From an uncultured Planctomycetota bacterium (GTDB lineage Bacteria > Planctomycetota > Planctomycetia > Isosphaerales > Isosphaeraceae): 64,000 nt of DNA. Where the stretch lies: positions 5,120,001-5,184,000 of the forward strand of contig CAVTTN010000002.1 of the NCBI GenBank assembly GCA_963737655.1. The letters are read 5' to 3'. Below are positions 32,546 through 43,692 of this stretch, one piece after another. Both the position numbers and the translations under genes were made by a program. A model generated the notes under the pieces. The model saw nothing but the letters and a program-made list of their open reading frames with translations, searched no databases and had not been told where the DNA came from. Each line of letters begins with the position of its first letter. The stretch's first letter is position 1.

Positions 32546-34852
32546 CTACCGATGCCGGGGGCCCTTCGGGTGGGCGACCGCCGGCTTCGCCGGATGGTGG
32601 ACCTCGGCCTTCCTCGCCGGATGGGCCTGGGCCGCGACCTTCTTGCGATGCTTCGCCCTCGCGGCCTTCTTCGGGTGATGCGTCCCGCCGGTCGGCGCGA
32701 CCGCGGTCGGGCTGGAGGTCGAGCCCGAGGCCGGGGCCGTCCCTCCGCTCGCGGTCGGTGAGGAGGGGGCGGGGGCCGTCGCGACCGGCCCGGGGCTCGC
32801 CGCCGGGGGGGCGGGGATGACCGGCAACGGGGTCGGGATCGGCGGGATCGGCGGCGCCGGGGGAGCGGCGGCCTGGACCGTCACCGTCGTGTCGGTCGTC
32901 GTGGCGTCGCCGGCCTTCGTGGCGATCGAGACGTGGACCGTGAACGTCCCGGCCGTCGCATACGTGTGCCCTCCGCTGAGGGTCAGCACGGTATGGGCCG
33001 GCGTCGGGTTCGCCGATCCGGGGGGCGAGGCCGGCACGTCCAGCAAGGCGACCCCGGCCGCCTCGACCGGCGACCCGTCGCCCCAGTCGATCGTGGCCGA
33101 GACGTCCCCCGGCGCCAGCGGAGGGTCGCTCGCCAGGACGGCCACCGGCTGACTCGGGAACGCCTGACCGACGGTCGCAACGCCCGCCAGGCCATAGAGC
33201 TTGAACGAGGGCGCCGAGGAGACCGTCACCGGGTCGCTCGTCGAGGCCGAGGCCCCCGAGACGCTGGCGATCGTCACCGTCGCGGAGTAGGAGCCGACCT
33301 TCGGGTAGGTGTGGACGCCCAGGATATTGAACGTCGGCGAGCCCGGAGGCGGGGCATTCCCCCGGCTCGGCGGGAACACCGGGATCAGGGTGGCGGGAGT
33401 GGCCGGAGAGCCGTCTCCCCAGTCGATCGAGGCCGACAGGTGCCCCACCGCCGACGGGTCCACGCCGGTCCCGACGGCCAGGAGCAGGGGCGACGAGGCC
33501 ACCGTCGCCTGCGCCGAGATCGGGGCGGACGTGAGCGACAGGGGCTCGCCCGAGACGGCGATCGTCCCGGTGGTCGAGGCCGACGAGCCGTCTTTTCCGG
33601 TCGCGGTGATCGTGATCGTGTACGAGCCGGCCTTCTCGAACGTGTGAGAACCCTGGACGACCAGTCCCGGGGGCGAATGGCTCCCCGGAGCGGCCGAAAC
33701 CGCGGCGAGCGTCCCGGCCGAGGGGGACGAGCCGTCCCCCCAGTCGATCGTCGCGGAGTAATCGCTGAGTTGCGGGCCCGATTCGGCCGTCCGGAGGGTC
33801 GCCAGGGGGGCGAAACTCGCCGCCGATTCGGCGGTCGCCGTCAGGGACGACGCGGCCGAGATCGAGATGACCCCGCTCGCCCCGAGCGCATCGGGGCCGA
33901 TCCGGTCGAACGCGCCGCCGTCGGCCAGGGGGACCCACAGGGCGCCGTCGGGGGCGAGGACGATCCCGGTCCCTCCGGTCTCCGGCAGCAGGGGCTGGAC
34001 CGAGGCCACCGAGCCGGTCGTGGCGATCCGAGCGACGAACCCGCCCGGGGCGATCCCGTAGACCGCGAGATCGGGGCCCCCGGCGAGCTGGAGAGGCGTC
34101 GGGTTCACCCCGAATTCGTCGATCTTGCCGGTCGAGGGATCGACCCGGCCGACGGTCCCCTGCGCCGGGTCGGCGAACCAGAGGCGGCCGTCGGGCGCCT
34201 GGGTGATGGAGTTGGGCCCGGAGATCCTCGCCGAGATCGGGAACCGCGTGAGGGAGCCGTCCGGGGCGATCTTGAGGATGGCCGGGACGCCCGACTCGGC
34301 CGCCCACACATCGCCGTCGGGCCCGGCGGTCATCGCGGTGACATAAGCGCCCGAGCCGCCTTCGGGGAACTCGGCCACGGTGCCATCGGGGGCGATCCGG
34401 CCGATCTGGGGAGAGGCGCCGGCCTCGGCGAACCAGACGTCGCCGTCGGGCCCGAGCGTCAGGTGATCGGGGAGGCCCGAGCCGTCCGGCAGAGGGAATT
34501 CGGTGACCTGGCCGCTGGTGGTGATCCGGCCGATCTTGCGGGCGGCCTCGGTGAACCAGAGGGCGCCGTCCCGGCCGGCGACGATCTCGCCCGGGTTCAT
34601 GCCGTCCCGGGGCAGGGCGAACTCGGTGGAGTCGCCGCCCAGGTCGATCCGGCCGATCGAGTTCTGATCGACGAACCAGATCGCGCCATCGGGCCCGATC
34701 GTCGGCGACTTCGGCCGGGCGGTGGCGGAGGCGAGCGGAAAGGTCGTGACGTCGACCGAGAGGACCACGCGAGGCTCCAGGCCGTCGGCCAGCAGACGGC
34801 GACGGCGAGGCGATCGCGGACGGAGGGCGTTCTCGCGGCGAGGGGCCGTCAT
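32546..34852 (-). CDS. secreted/surface protein: LExR leader, Vgb-like beta-propeller, three PKD/Ig-like repeats, Pro linker, basic His/Lys tail
   Basis: RRRRLLADGLEPRVVLS; repeated GPDG.(L/V)WF...IGRI; three IDWGDGS repeats with HTY/HTF. Confidence 0.85.
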   Translation of the reverse strand: MTAPRRENALRPRSPRRRRLLADGLEPRVVLSVDVTTFPLASATARPKSPTIGPDGAIWFVDQNSIGRIDLGGDSTEFALPRDGMNPGEIVAGRDGALWFTEAARKIGRITTSGQVTEFPLPDGSGLPDHLTLGPDGDVWFAEAGASPQIGRIAPDGTVAEFPEGGSGAYVTAMTAGPDGDVWAAESGVPAILKIAPDGSLTRFPISARISGPNSITQAPDGRLWFADPAQGTVGRVDPSTGKIDEFGVNPTPLQLAGGPDLAVYGIAPGGFVARIATTGSVASVQPLLPETGGTGIVLAPDGALWVPLADGGAFDRIGPDALGASGVISISAASSLTATAESAASFAPLATLRTAESGPQLSDYSATIDWGDGSSPSAGTLAAVSAAPGSHSPPGLVVQGSHTFEKAGSYTITITATGKDGSSASTTGTIAVSGEPLSLTSAPISAQATVASSPLLLAVGTGVDPSAVGHLSASIDWGDGSPATPATLIPVFPPSRGNAPPPGSPTFNILGVHTYPKVGSYSATVTIASVSGASASTSDPVTVSSAPSFKLYGLAGVATVGQAFPSQPVAVLASDPPLAPGDVSATIDWGDGSPVEAAGVALLDVPASPPGSANPTPAHTVLTLSGGHTYATAGTFTVHVSIATKAGDATTTDTTVTVQAAAPPAPPIPPIPTPLPVIPAPPAASPGPVATAPAPSSPTASGGTAPASGSTSSPTAVAPTGGTHHPKKAARAKHRKKVAAQAHPARKAEVHHPAKPAVAHPKGPRHR

Positions 34853-35204
34853 GGGCGACTCCCGGAGCAGGACGAGGCGAGGTGGGGGCTCTAGCGTCCG
34901 GGCGAGATAGTTATGATGGGTAAAGTTATCAGGTGATTCCGGGGTCGTCAATTGTGCGGAAAACAATGAGATCGGAATCCGCACGCTTGCATCATTCCGC
35001 CAATCGTTCGATCCCTCGATCCGGCCCGGACCGATCGACGGTGGCGACCGTTCGACCCTGGCCCGGACCGGACCCGTTTCTGATAGAATCGGACGACGGT
35101 TCGGACGAATCGCCTCGCGGGACGAGGCGTCCCGCGCCGGAGGGCCCGCCGCGAGGGCGGCCCGCGCGGGGCGAGGCGATCGGACGAACCAGGGGGCTCC
35201 TGAC

Positions 35205-36880
35205 GTGAGCGACGGCCTGAAGCGGGTTTACGGGATCGACCTGGGGACGACCTATTCGGCGATCGCCTACGTCGACGAGCACGGCAAGCCCGTGATCGTC
35301 CCGAACCAGGAGAGCGAGCGGATCACCCCGAGCGTCGTCCTCTTCGACGGCGACAACGTGATCGTGGGCAACACGGCCAAGGAGTCCGCCAAGGTCGAGC
35401 CCCACCGCGTCGTCTCTCGCGTGAAGCAGCACATGGGCGACCCCAACTTCGTCTTCGAGCACGACGGCCAGGTCTACAGCCCCGAGGACATCTCCTCGTT
35501 CGTCCTCCGCAAGGTCGTCGGCGACGCCGAGATCGCCCTGGGCCTCGAAGCGGACGACAAGATCACCGACGTCGTGATCACCTGCCCCGCCTACTTCGGC
35601 ACCGACGAGCGCGAGGCCACCGCCAACGCCGGCCGGCTCGCCGGGCTGAACGTCCGGGCGATCCTCAACGAGCCCACCGCCGCCGCCATCGCCTACGGCC
35701 TGGAACAGGGCGAGGACCAGACCGTCCTGGTCTACGACCTCGGCGGAGGGACGTTCGACGTCACCATGATCGAGATCAAGGACCGCCTGATCCGCGTGAT
35801 TTGCACCGGAGGCGACCACCGCCTCGGAGGCGCCTGTGGGACGAGGACATCGTCGTCCACCTCGCCAGCGGCTTCAAGGCCGAGACCGGCCTGGACGCCG
35901 ACCCGATGGACGACGCCGAGGTCCTCAACGACCTCTTCTTGCAGGCCGAACGGGGCAAGAAGACGCTCACCCAGCGCGACAAGGCCCCGTTCCGCGTGAC
36001 CCACGCCGGCCAGCAGGCGCGGATCGAGCTCGACCGGCCCAAATTCGAGGAGATCACCAAACACCTCCTGGATCGCACCATCGAATTGACCCGCGAGATG
36101 CTCGCCGACGCCAGGGCCAAGGGGGCGACGAGGTTCGACAAGATCATCCTCGTCGGGGGCGCCACGAGGATGCCCCAGGTCCGCGAGCGGATCGTCCAGG
36201 AGTTCGGGATGGAACCCGAGACCTTCGACCCCGACGAGGCCGTGGCCAAGGGCGCCGCGCTGTTCGGCCTGAAAGAGGCGCTCCAGGACGAGGTCAAGGA
36301 CATCCTCACGCCCACCAACCCCCAGGCCGAGGGGGAACACGGCGAGCTCGACCTGGCCGCCGTCAGCGAGGCGGAGGTCGCCGCCGCCCTCGACAAGATC
36401 GAGCGAGAGATCGGCTTCACGCTCACGGGGCCGGTCCGCGAGCTGGTGAACACGCAGATCGTCAACGTCCTGTCCAAGAGCCTCGGGGTGGTCGCCCGGG
36501 ACGCCGGGGGCAAGGACATCATGGTCTACCTCCTGCCCCGCAACGGCGAGGTCCCGATGGAGAAGCAGACCGACTTCGGCACGGACCAGCCGAACCAGAC
36601 CGGGGTGGACATCCGCGTGATGGCCGGGGAGCGCGACAGCCCCGACCCGTCCGACTGCAAGGACGTCGGCACCGCCCAGCTCTCGCTGCCCGCCGGCCTC
36701 CCGGCCAAGAGCCCGATCCGGGTGAAGTTCGCGATCAGCCGGGACGGCCGCCTGAGCGTCACGGCCACCGACCTGACCGGAGGGGCCCAGATCGACGTCG
36801 AGTTCGAGACCGAGGCCGTCATGGGGGCCGGAGAGGTCGAGGAACGCTCCACGGCCCTGCGGTTACTCAACGTGTCTTGA
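35205..36880 (+). CDS. atypical Hsp70 family protein (frameshift near 35832)
   Basis: GIDLGTTYS, VITCPAYF, NEPTAAA, YDLGGGTFD, LVGGATRMP, PDEAVAKGAA; ends after the SBD beta region. Confidence 0.9.
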
Positions 36881-36920
36881 TGCGTGTTGGCTCGGATGGA
36901 TGGCATCCGTAGGTTCATCG

Positions 36921-37688
36921 ATGTCTTCATTTCTGGATCGCTACCGGGGCGGCGAGCACGAGGCCGTCTGGGCGGAGCTCATATCCCTGGGCGACGCGGT
37001 CCGGGTCGAGCCGGTCCGGGACGACGCCCTCGCCGTGGCCCGGGAGACCATGACCCGGGCCCGGCGGAACGTCGAGGTGCTGGTCGGCCGGCTGGGCGAG
37101 ATAGGCTATCAATTCCGGGCGTCGCGGGCCGCGGAGTATCGCACGCCGAAGGCGGTCAACCCGTTCACGAAGCCGCCTATGCCCGGCCTGAGCGTGCCGA
37201 TCCGCCGGGAGATGGTCTTCGGCCCGCCGGGGCCGGAGGCGGCCGGGCAAATCGCCGAGTTGGAGGGCCTGGTCGGTATCCTTCCCCTGTCGGTCCGAGC
37301 CTGGTACCGAGCTCGTCGGCGAGGTCAACCTCACGGGCTCGCACCCGAAATGGGATCTTATGTCCCTCGATCCGCTGGTCATGCCCTCGCTGGAACGGGT
37401 GCTGCGTGCCAATCGCAAGGTCGCGGCGGGCGAGGCCTCGATCCTGCTCCCGGATTACGTCACCAAGGAGGGCCTCAGCGGCGCGAGCTACTGGATCGAG
37501 TTGCCGGGAGAGGGGGCCGATGCCCCCTGGAAGGCTGGAGCGAACTGACGACGGATGTGGAGAAGGCGTCCTTTGTCGAGTACCTCCGGCTCTGCTTCCG
37601 CTTCGGCGGCTTCCCCGGATTCGCCCGCCGGACGACCCTCCGGCGACGAGACCGGGCCTTCCTGACGGACGGCCTGACGGCGATTTGA
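36921..37688 (+). CDS. conserved hypothetical protein (two compensating frameshifts near 37312 and 37530)
   Basis: FLDRY..GEHEAVWAEL; LPLSVRAWY; middle in alternate frame (GEVNLTGSHP...DPL...KEGLSGA.Y.IELP); FVEYLRLCFRFGGFPG. Confidence 0.65.
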   Translation: MSSFLDRYRGGEHEAVWAELISLGDAVRVEPVRDDALAVARETMTRARRNVEVLVGRLGEIGYQFRASRAAEYRTPKAVNPFTKPPMPGLSVPIRREMVFGPPGPEAAGQIAELEGLVGILPLSVRAWYRARRRGQPHGLAPEMGSYVPRSAGHALAGTGAACQSQGRGGRGLDPAPGLRHQGGPQRRELLDRVAGRGGRCPLEGWSELTTDVEKASFVEYLRLCFRFGGFPGFARRTTLRRRDRAFLTDGLTAI

Positions 37689-37879
37689 AGCGACATTTTC
37701 GCCGACGATCGAAGCCGGATGGATCGTAGTTCCCAAGAATTGTCGAGGGTCCTGATCGCAAATCGTATCGACCTCATCGCAAGGGTCCGGCGACCCGGTC
37801 CTCCGTGCGACTCTCGGCCCTTGAAGGCGGGGCCGAGGCCGGCTAGCCTGGGGCCTCCATCCCCTCGCGAGGTGCCCCC

Positions 37880-39892
37880 ATGCCAGGCCTTCGGATGTTT
37901 CCCGGCGCCCTGGTCGCCTGTTGCGCGTTCGGCCCCCTCGCGCCCGCCAGGGCTGCCGAGCCCCAGAGGCTCGACTCTCCCGACGGCCGCCTGAAGGTGA
38001 CCTTCTCCCTCGACGAGAGGGGCCGACCCGGCTTCGCGGTCGCCTTCCGCGAGAAGACGATCGTGACCGGGACGCTCGGCCTCGACTTCGCCGGCTCCGG
38101 GCCCCTCCGCGAGCACTTGACTCTCGTCGGGACGCGGCGCAACTCGCGGGACGAGACCTATCCCATCCCCGTGGGCAAGGCGTCCTCGGCGCGGGACCGG
38201 CACACCGAGATGGTCGTTTCCCTGGTGGAAGGGGCCCCGCCCCGTCGCCGGCTCGATGTGGCATTCCGGGCCTTCGACGACGGCGTGGCCTTCCGCTATC
38301 TGATCCCCGAGACCGAAGGGGGCGCCTCGCTTGTCCTGACCGATGAACTTACGAGGCTGGCCTTCCCCGGCGACCCGACGGCCCGGTATCTCCCCCTGAA
38401 GAATTACACGACCTCGTATGAGAACTACTACGAATCCGCGGCGGTCTCGGCGCTGAAGCCGGGCCGCCTGATCGCCCTGCCGATCCTCCTGGAAGGCTCG
38501 GGTGGGGACGCGGGCCGGCCCTGGATCGCGGTGACCGAGGCAGGGCTGACGGACTACGCCGGGATGTATCTCTCGGCCGTCGAAGGGGAGCCGGGGACGC
38601 TCGCCTCGCGGCTCTCCCCCTTGCCGGGCCGGACCGACGGCGCGAAGGTCCTGGGCAAGGGCCCGCTCGCCTCGCCCTGGCGGGTCCTGATGGTCGCCGA
38701 CGGCCCCGGCCGCCTGATCGAATCGAACCTGGTGTTCCACCTGAGCGACCCGCCCGCGATCGCCGACACGTCCTGGATCAAGCCGGGCAAGACGACCTTC
38801 CCCTGGTGGAACGGCTACGTCTTGGAAGGGGTCGATTTCAAGCCCGGCGTGAACACCGCCACGATGAAGCATTACATCGACTTCTGTGCCGAGCGAGGCA
38901 TCCCCTACCACTCGCTCGACGGCCTGGACATCGCCTGGTATGGGGGCCCGATCGAGCCCCGAGGCCCGACCGACGTCACCCGCGCCGCCCCGTCGATCGA
39001 CATGCCCGAGCTCCTCCGTTACGCGAAGGAGAAGGGCGTCCGGCTCCGCCTCTGGATGCACTGGAAGGCCCTCAAGCCCCAGATCGACGAGGCGTTCGCG
39101 ACCTACGAGAGGTGGGGCATCGAGGGGGTCATGGTCGATTTCATGGACCGCGACGACCAGGAGATGGTCCGCTTCTATCACGAGATGGCCGAGAAGGCGG
39201 CGAAGCACCACCTGACCGTGACCCTCCACGGCGCGTACAAGCCGACCGGCATGGAACGGACCTGGCCGAACGTCCTGGCCTATGAAGGGGTGCTCAACCA
39301 GGAGTACAACAAGTGGGAATCGACCGAGGGCCGAGGCACGCCGCCCTCCCACAACCTCGACGTCGCCTTCGTGAGGATGCTTGCCGGCCCCCTGGACTAC
39401 CACCACGGCGGAATGCGGAACGTCCTGCCCGAGTCCTACCGCCCCCGCGACAAGGCGCCTCCCGTCCAGGGGACCCGCGGCCATCAACTGGCGATGTACG
39501 TCGTCTACCAGGACCACCTCCCGATGATGGCCGACTACCCGGCCGCGTACCGGGGCCAGGCGGGGCTGGACTTCCTCGTGGAGGTCCCGACGACCTGGGA
39601 CGAGACGCGCGCCCCCGTCGCCGAGTTCGGCAAGTGCCTGGTGGTCGCCCGTCGGAAGGGGGCCGACTGGTACCTCGGAGGGATGACCGCCCCCGAGGCC
39701 CGGGACCTGGTGCTGCCCCTCGACTTCCTCGGAAAAGGGATGTTCCGGGCCGACCTCTCCCTCGACGATCCGGCCGGAGGCCCGACCGCGATCGGCCGGA
39801 GCGAGCGGAAGGTCACGGCGGCCGACACCCTCCGCGTCGCCATCCCCCGGGCCGGAGGGTTCGTCGCCCGCCTACGTCGGACCGACCGCTGA
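37880..39892 (+). CDS. glycoside hydrolase family 97
   Basis: Signal peptide; SPDG.L.V.F, FRAFDDGVAFRY, SPWR, SWIKPGK, YIDFC, R.WPN....EGV, GPLDY, VPTTWDET. Confidence 0.92.
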   Translation: MPGLRMFPGALVACCAFGPLAPARAAEPQRLDSPDGRLKVTFSLDERGRPGFAVAFREKTIVTGTLGLDFAGSGPLREHLTLVGTRRNSRDETYPIPVGKASSARDRHTEMVVSLVEGAPPRRRLDVAFRAFDDGVAFRYLIPETEGGASLVLTDELTRLAFPGDPTARYLPLKNYTTSYENYYESAAVSALKPGRLIALPILLEGSGGDAGRPWIAVTEAGLTDYAGMYLSAVEGEPGTLASRLSPLPGRTDGAKVLGKGPLASPWRVLMVADGPGRLIESNLVFHLSDPPAIADTSWIKPGKTTFPWWNGYVLEGVDFKPGVNTATMKHYIDFCAERGIPYHSLDGLDIAWYGGPIEPRGPTDVTRAAPSIDMPELLRYAKEKGVRLRLWMHWKALKPQIDEAFATYERWGIEGVMVDFMDRDDQEMVRFYHEMAEKAAKHHLTVTLHGAYKPTGMERTWPNVLAYEGVLNQEYNKWESTEGRGTPPSHNLDVAFVRMLAGPLDYHHGGMRNVLPESYRPRDKAPPVQGTRGHQLAMYVVYQDHLPMMADYPAAYRGQAGLDFLVEVPTTWDETRAPVAEFGKCLVVARRKGADWYLGGMTAPEARDLVLPLDFLGKGMFRADLSLDDPAGGPTAIGRSERKVTAADTLRVAIPRAGGFVARLRRTDR

Positions 39893-39925
39893 ATCGCAGT
39901 CGCCCCGACCCGGGCGGGCCCCCGA

Positions 39926-40396
39926 TCAGTAGGCCCCCGATCGGCCCCCTCTCTTCCACTCCTCGAACAGGGCGGCGCACTCGTCCTGGAGCAAGCCGCC
40001 CTCGACCTTCAATCGGCTCCCGCCCATCCTGGCGAGGTCGGCGGCGGGGATGGGCATCTCGGTGAATCCGGCCTTCTGGGCGTCGGCGATCGTCGCTCCG
40101 AAGACCACGCGATCGACCTTCGCCCAGTGGGTGGCCGCCAGGCACATCGGGCAGGGCTCGCAGGTGGAGTACAGGGTGCAGCCGGAGAGGTCGAAGGTCT
40201 TCAACTCGCTCGCCGCGAGCCTCAGGGCGTTGACCTCCGCGTGGGCCGTGGGGTCGCCGTCCTTCCAGACGCTGTTGTGCCTCTCGGCCACGATTTGGCC
40301 GTCCTTGACGATCACGGCGCCGAACGGGCTCTGGCCGTGGTCGATCCCCCGCCGGCAAATTTCGATGGCCCGTCTCATCGCGTCGTCGTCGTTCAT
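39926..40396 (-). CDS. nucleoside deaminase (cytidine/guanine deaminase family)
   Basis: [22 protein letters not shown]. Confidence 0.9.
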   Translation of the reverse strand: MNDDDAMRRAIEICRRGIDHGQSPFGAVIVKDGQIVAERHNSVWKDGDPTAHAEVNALRLAASELKTFDLSGCTLYSTCEPCPMCLAATHWAKVDRVVFGATIADAQKAGFTEMPIPAADLARMGGSRLKVEGGLLQDECAALFEEWKRGGRSGAY

Positions 40397-42387
40397 CGCG
40401 GAACGGCCTCCGAGACCTTCGGGGAACCGGCCCGGGGGCCGATCGCGGCGAGGATGGCGTCCACGTCGTACACGCAGCCGCCCCAGGTCCCTCCGCCGAG
40501 GCCCTGCAAGGCCGCCCACAGCCTCGTATCTTCCGGCAAATCCGGGTCCGGCGCGAGGTTCGGATGCGGTTTTCGGCCCCGGAGGGCCTCGGCGCCTCGT
40601 TCGGGGCCGAACTCCGATCCCTCGGCGCCGACGAGGTCGATCGAGCCTTCGAGGTTCACGCGATCGACGACGATCCGGATGAGGTCGCCGTCGCGGACCC
40701 GGCCGATCGGCCCCCCGGCCAGGGCTTCCGGGCCGACGTGGCCGATGCAGGCTCCCGTGGACACGCCCGAGAACCTCGCGTCCGTGACCACCGCCACGTG
40801 CTTGCCGAAGCTCAGGTGCTTCAATGCGGCCGTGATCTGATAAATCTCCTCCATCCCCGCGCCCATCGGCCCCCGGCCGATCAGGACGATCACGTCCCCG
40901 GCGCGGATCGGCCCGGGGCCCTGCCCCTTGATGGCCGCGATCACGTCCTTCTCCCGGGTGAAGACGCGGGCCGGGCCGGTCTTGCGATACACGCCGTCGT
41001 CGTCCACCACCGTGGGATCGATCGACGTGCTCTTGATCACCGAGCCGTCGGGCGCGAGGTTCCCCGTGGGGAACGTCACGGTGCTCGTCAATCCTCGTTC
41101 GCGGGCGCTGTCGGGGCCGAGGATCACGCCGTCGGGATCGACGCCATCTTGCGCGAACAGGATCTCACGGACTCGCTTCCTCCGCTCGCTGACCTGCCAG
41201 GCGTCCAGGGTCTCGGCGATCGTCGCCCCGGTCGCGGTCGTGGCCGATTCGTCGAGCAGGTTCAACGCCCTCAAGTGGAGCATGACTTCCGGGACGCCTC
41301 CGGCGAGGAAGGCGCGGACCGTGGGATGATAAACCGGCCCATTCGGCAGGACGCTGACCAGCCTCGGGACCTTCAGGTTGACCGCGTGCCAGTCGTCGCG
41401 AGTCGGGCGGCGCAACCCGGCGGCGAAGGCGATCGCCGGGACGTGCAGGAGCAGGTTCGTGGAGCCGCCGAACGCCGCGTGGACGGCCATGGCGTTGGCG
41501 ATGGAGGCGTCGGTGAGATAATCGCGAGTGGCGAGCCCCTTCCTCGCCATCCCCATCGCGGCGACGGCCGACCTCCGGGCCACGTCCTTCCAGATCGGCT
41601 GGCCGGAGGGGGCGAGCGCGGCGTGGGGGACCGTCATCCCCAGCGCCTCGGCCACGACCTGCGCCGTGGCGGCCGTCCCCAGGAACTGGCAGCCGCCTCC
41701 GGGGCTGCCGCACGCCCGGCAGCCGAGGTCGGCCGCTTCCTGCAAGGTCAATTCGCCGTGGGCGTACCGGGCCCCGATCGACTGGACCTTGCCGGCGTCC
41801 TCGCCTTGAGCCGGGGGCAGGGTCACGCCCCCGGGGACGATCACCCCGGGCAAATCCTTCGCCCCGGCCAGGGCGAGCATCATCGCCGGCAGGCCCTTGT
41901 CGCAGGTCGCCACGCCGACAATGCCCTTTCGCCTCGGGAGCGACCGGATCAGGCGGCGGAAGACGATGGCGGCGTCGTTGCGATAGGGCAGGCTGTCCAT
42001 CATCCCGGTCGTGCCCTGGGTCCGGCCGTCGCACGGGTCGGAGACATATGCCGCGAACGGGACGGCCCCGGCCGACCGGATCGCCTCGGCGGCCTCGCGA
42101 ACCAGGAGGCCGACCTCCCAGTGCCCGGTGTGGTAGCCCAGGGCGATCGGCGAGCCGTCGGCGTCTCGCAGGCCGCCCTGGGTCGAGAGGATCAGGAACG
42201 GGTCGCGATCGACCGAGGCCGACGGCCAGCCCATCCCGGCGTTCTGGGTGAGGCCGAAGAGGTCGCCCGAGGGCCAGTCGCGGAGCATCGCATCGGTCAG
42301 GGGGAGCGAGCCCGAGGGGCCCTCGCCGCTCGTCCGGATGGCGAAGAGGTCCGGGTCCGCCTCGTGGTCGAACAGGGGGTCGGGCAT
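40393..42387 (-). CDS. yagF: YjhG/YagF family D-xylonate dehydratase (IlvD/Edd)
   Basis: [64 protein letters not shown]. Confidence 0.92.
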   Translation of the reverse strand: MPDPLFDHEADPDLFAIRTSGEGPSGSLPLTDAMLRDWPSGDLFGLTQNAGMGWPSASVDRDPFLILSTQGGLRDADGSPIALGYHTGHWEVGLLVREAAEAIRSAGAVPFAAYVSDPCDGRTQGTTGMMDSLPYRNDAAIVFRRLIRSLPRRKGIVGVATCDKGLPAMMLALAGAKDLPGVIVPGGVTLPPAQGEDAGKVQSIGARYAHGELTLQEAADLGCRACGSPGGGCQFLGTAATAQVVAEALGMTVPHAALAPSGQPIWKDVARRSAVAAMGMARKGLATRDYLTDASIANAMAVHAAFGGSTNLLLHVPAIAFAAGLRRPTRDDWHAVNLKVPRLVSVLPNGPVYHPTVRAFLAGGVPEVMLHLRALNLLDESATTATGATIAETLDAWQVSERRKRVREILFAQDGVDPDGVILGPDSARERGLTSTVTFPTGNLAPDGSVIKSTSIDPTVVDDDGVYRKTGPARVFTREKDVIAAIKGQGPGPIRAGDVIVLIGRGPMGAGMEEIYQITAALKHLSFGKHVAVVTDARFSGVSTGACIGHVGPEALAGGPIGRVRDGDLIRIVVDRVNLEGSIDLVGAEGSEFGPERGAEALRGRKPHPNLAPDPDLPEDTRLWAALQGLGGGTWGGCVYDVDAILAAIGPRAGSPKVSEAVPR

Positions 42388-42540
42388 GGGGGGAGGTCTC
42401 GGGCGGACGGATCACGGGGGATTTCGGCACCATCCTACCAATTCCCGGGGGCCTCGGGCGAACATCCGGGGACGGTTCGGCGTCCGTTCCCCAGATCGGC
42501 GAATCCCCCGGGCCGAGTTTTTTCGGAAGGAGAGACGGCC

Positions 42541-43119
42541 ATGCCCCGGCTCGAATATCTCGACGGCCAGAAGGTCTTCGCGATCCATGAGTTCCTCTCG
42601 AAGGACGAATGCGACGTCCTGATCGCGGATAGCGAACGGATAGGCTATTCATCCGCCCCGATCTCGACGTCCGGCGGCGAGGTGATGGCGCCCGAGATCC
42701 GCAACAACGCCCGGGCGATGATCGACGACCCCGAGCGGGCCTCCTCGCTCTGGGAGAAGGCCCGTCCGTTCCTCCCCGAGGTCCTCCACTCGCAGGGCCT
42801 GGACTGGTCGGCCGCGGGCCTGAACGAGCGGCTGAGGTTCTATCGCTATTCCGAGGCCCAGCAGTTCCGCCCCCACTTCGACGGCGCGTTCGCCCGGGCC
42901 GACGGCGAACGAAGCCACCTGACGTTCATGATCTACCTGAACGACGGCTGCGAAGGCGGCCAGACGCGGTTCTACGGGCCGAAGATGGTCCCTACGCTGG
43001 ACGTGTATCCCGAGACGGGCAAGGCGCTGGTGTTCCTCCACCACGTCCTCCACGAAGGGGCGCCGGTCCGATCGGGGCACAAGTACGTCCTGAGGACCGA
43101 CGTGATGTATCGGGCGTGA
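42541..43119 (+). CDS. 2OG-Fe(II) oxygenase (prolyl 4-hydroxylase-like)
   Basis: LNERLRFYRY, PHFD, TFMIYLN..EGG.T, HEG, KYVLRTDVMY. Confidence 0.88.
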   Translation: MPRLEYLDGQKVFAIHEFLSKDECDVLIADSERIGYSSAPISTSGGEVMAPEIRNNARAMIDDPERASSLWEKARPFLPEVLHSQGLDWSAAGLNERLRFYRYSEAQQFRPHFDGAFARADGERSHLTFMIYLNDGCEGGQTRFYGPKMVPTLDVYPETGKALVFLHHVLHEGAPVRSGHKYVLRTDVMYRA

Positions 43120-43225
43120 GCGGGCTCGCCGGCCGACGGCGGGCACTCCCCTTGGCAATCACGTCGGGATCTGTTACGAATAACGGGCCAGCAGGGAACG
43201 CGCACGCAACCGGAGGAGCCGACCC

Positions 43226-43513
43226 GTGCCCGATTCGAACATCGCCCCGGCCGCCGCGAGCGACGAGGTCGTCGCCGTGACCCGGGCGGACGTCGCCGAG
43301 ACCGAAGTCATCCCACGATCGAAGTGGGAGGCCCGATTCGACCTGGAGCGTCAGCGAGCCGAGACCGAGCGGCTCCGCGTCCTCGTCGATTTCCTCGCCC
43401 GCCCGATCCACGCCCACGGCGGGGCCGACCCCGACCCCGACATCATCACCGCCTACAACCTCGCCGTCGAGGCCGCGCTCCAGGGCATCCGCCGGGCCGC
43501 CGTCTCGGGCTGA
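43226..43513 (+). CDS. hypothetical protein
   Basis: GTG start with GGAG RBS; plausible helical protein. Confidence 0.5.
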   Translation: MPDSNIAPAAASDEVVAVTRADVAETEVIPRSKWEARFDLERQRAETERLRVLVDFLARPIHAHGGADPDPDIITAYNLAVEAALQGIRRAAVSG

Positions 43514-43692
43514 TCCCTCCTCCCCCGCTTGCGATCGATCCCGCTCCCCGATCTGAACTTTCGGCCACCGACCGCTTGCGTTCGGCCGCGCCGATGCTAC
43601 GCTCGTTCCATCGCACGCCCGGGGGGACGCGACGCCCGTCGCCCCCTCGGCCGATGGCCCCCCTCGCGCCCCGACGAACGACGAACCTTGTT

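Noticed and set aside
33860..34760. Virginiamycin B lyase antibiotic-resistance gene
   Set aside because: The Vgb-like propeller is embedded in a secreted multidomain surface protein; likely only the fold is shared.
35205..36880. Housekeeping dnaK
   Set aside because: Too short, no lid or canonical linker, and no grpE/dnaJ or CIRCE element nearby.
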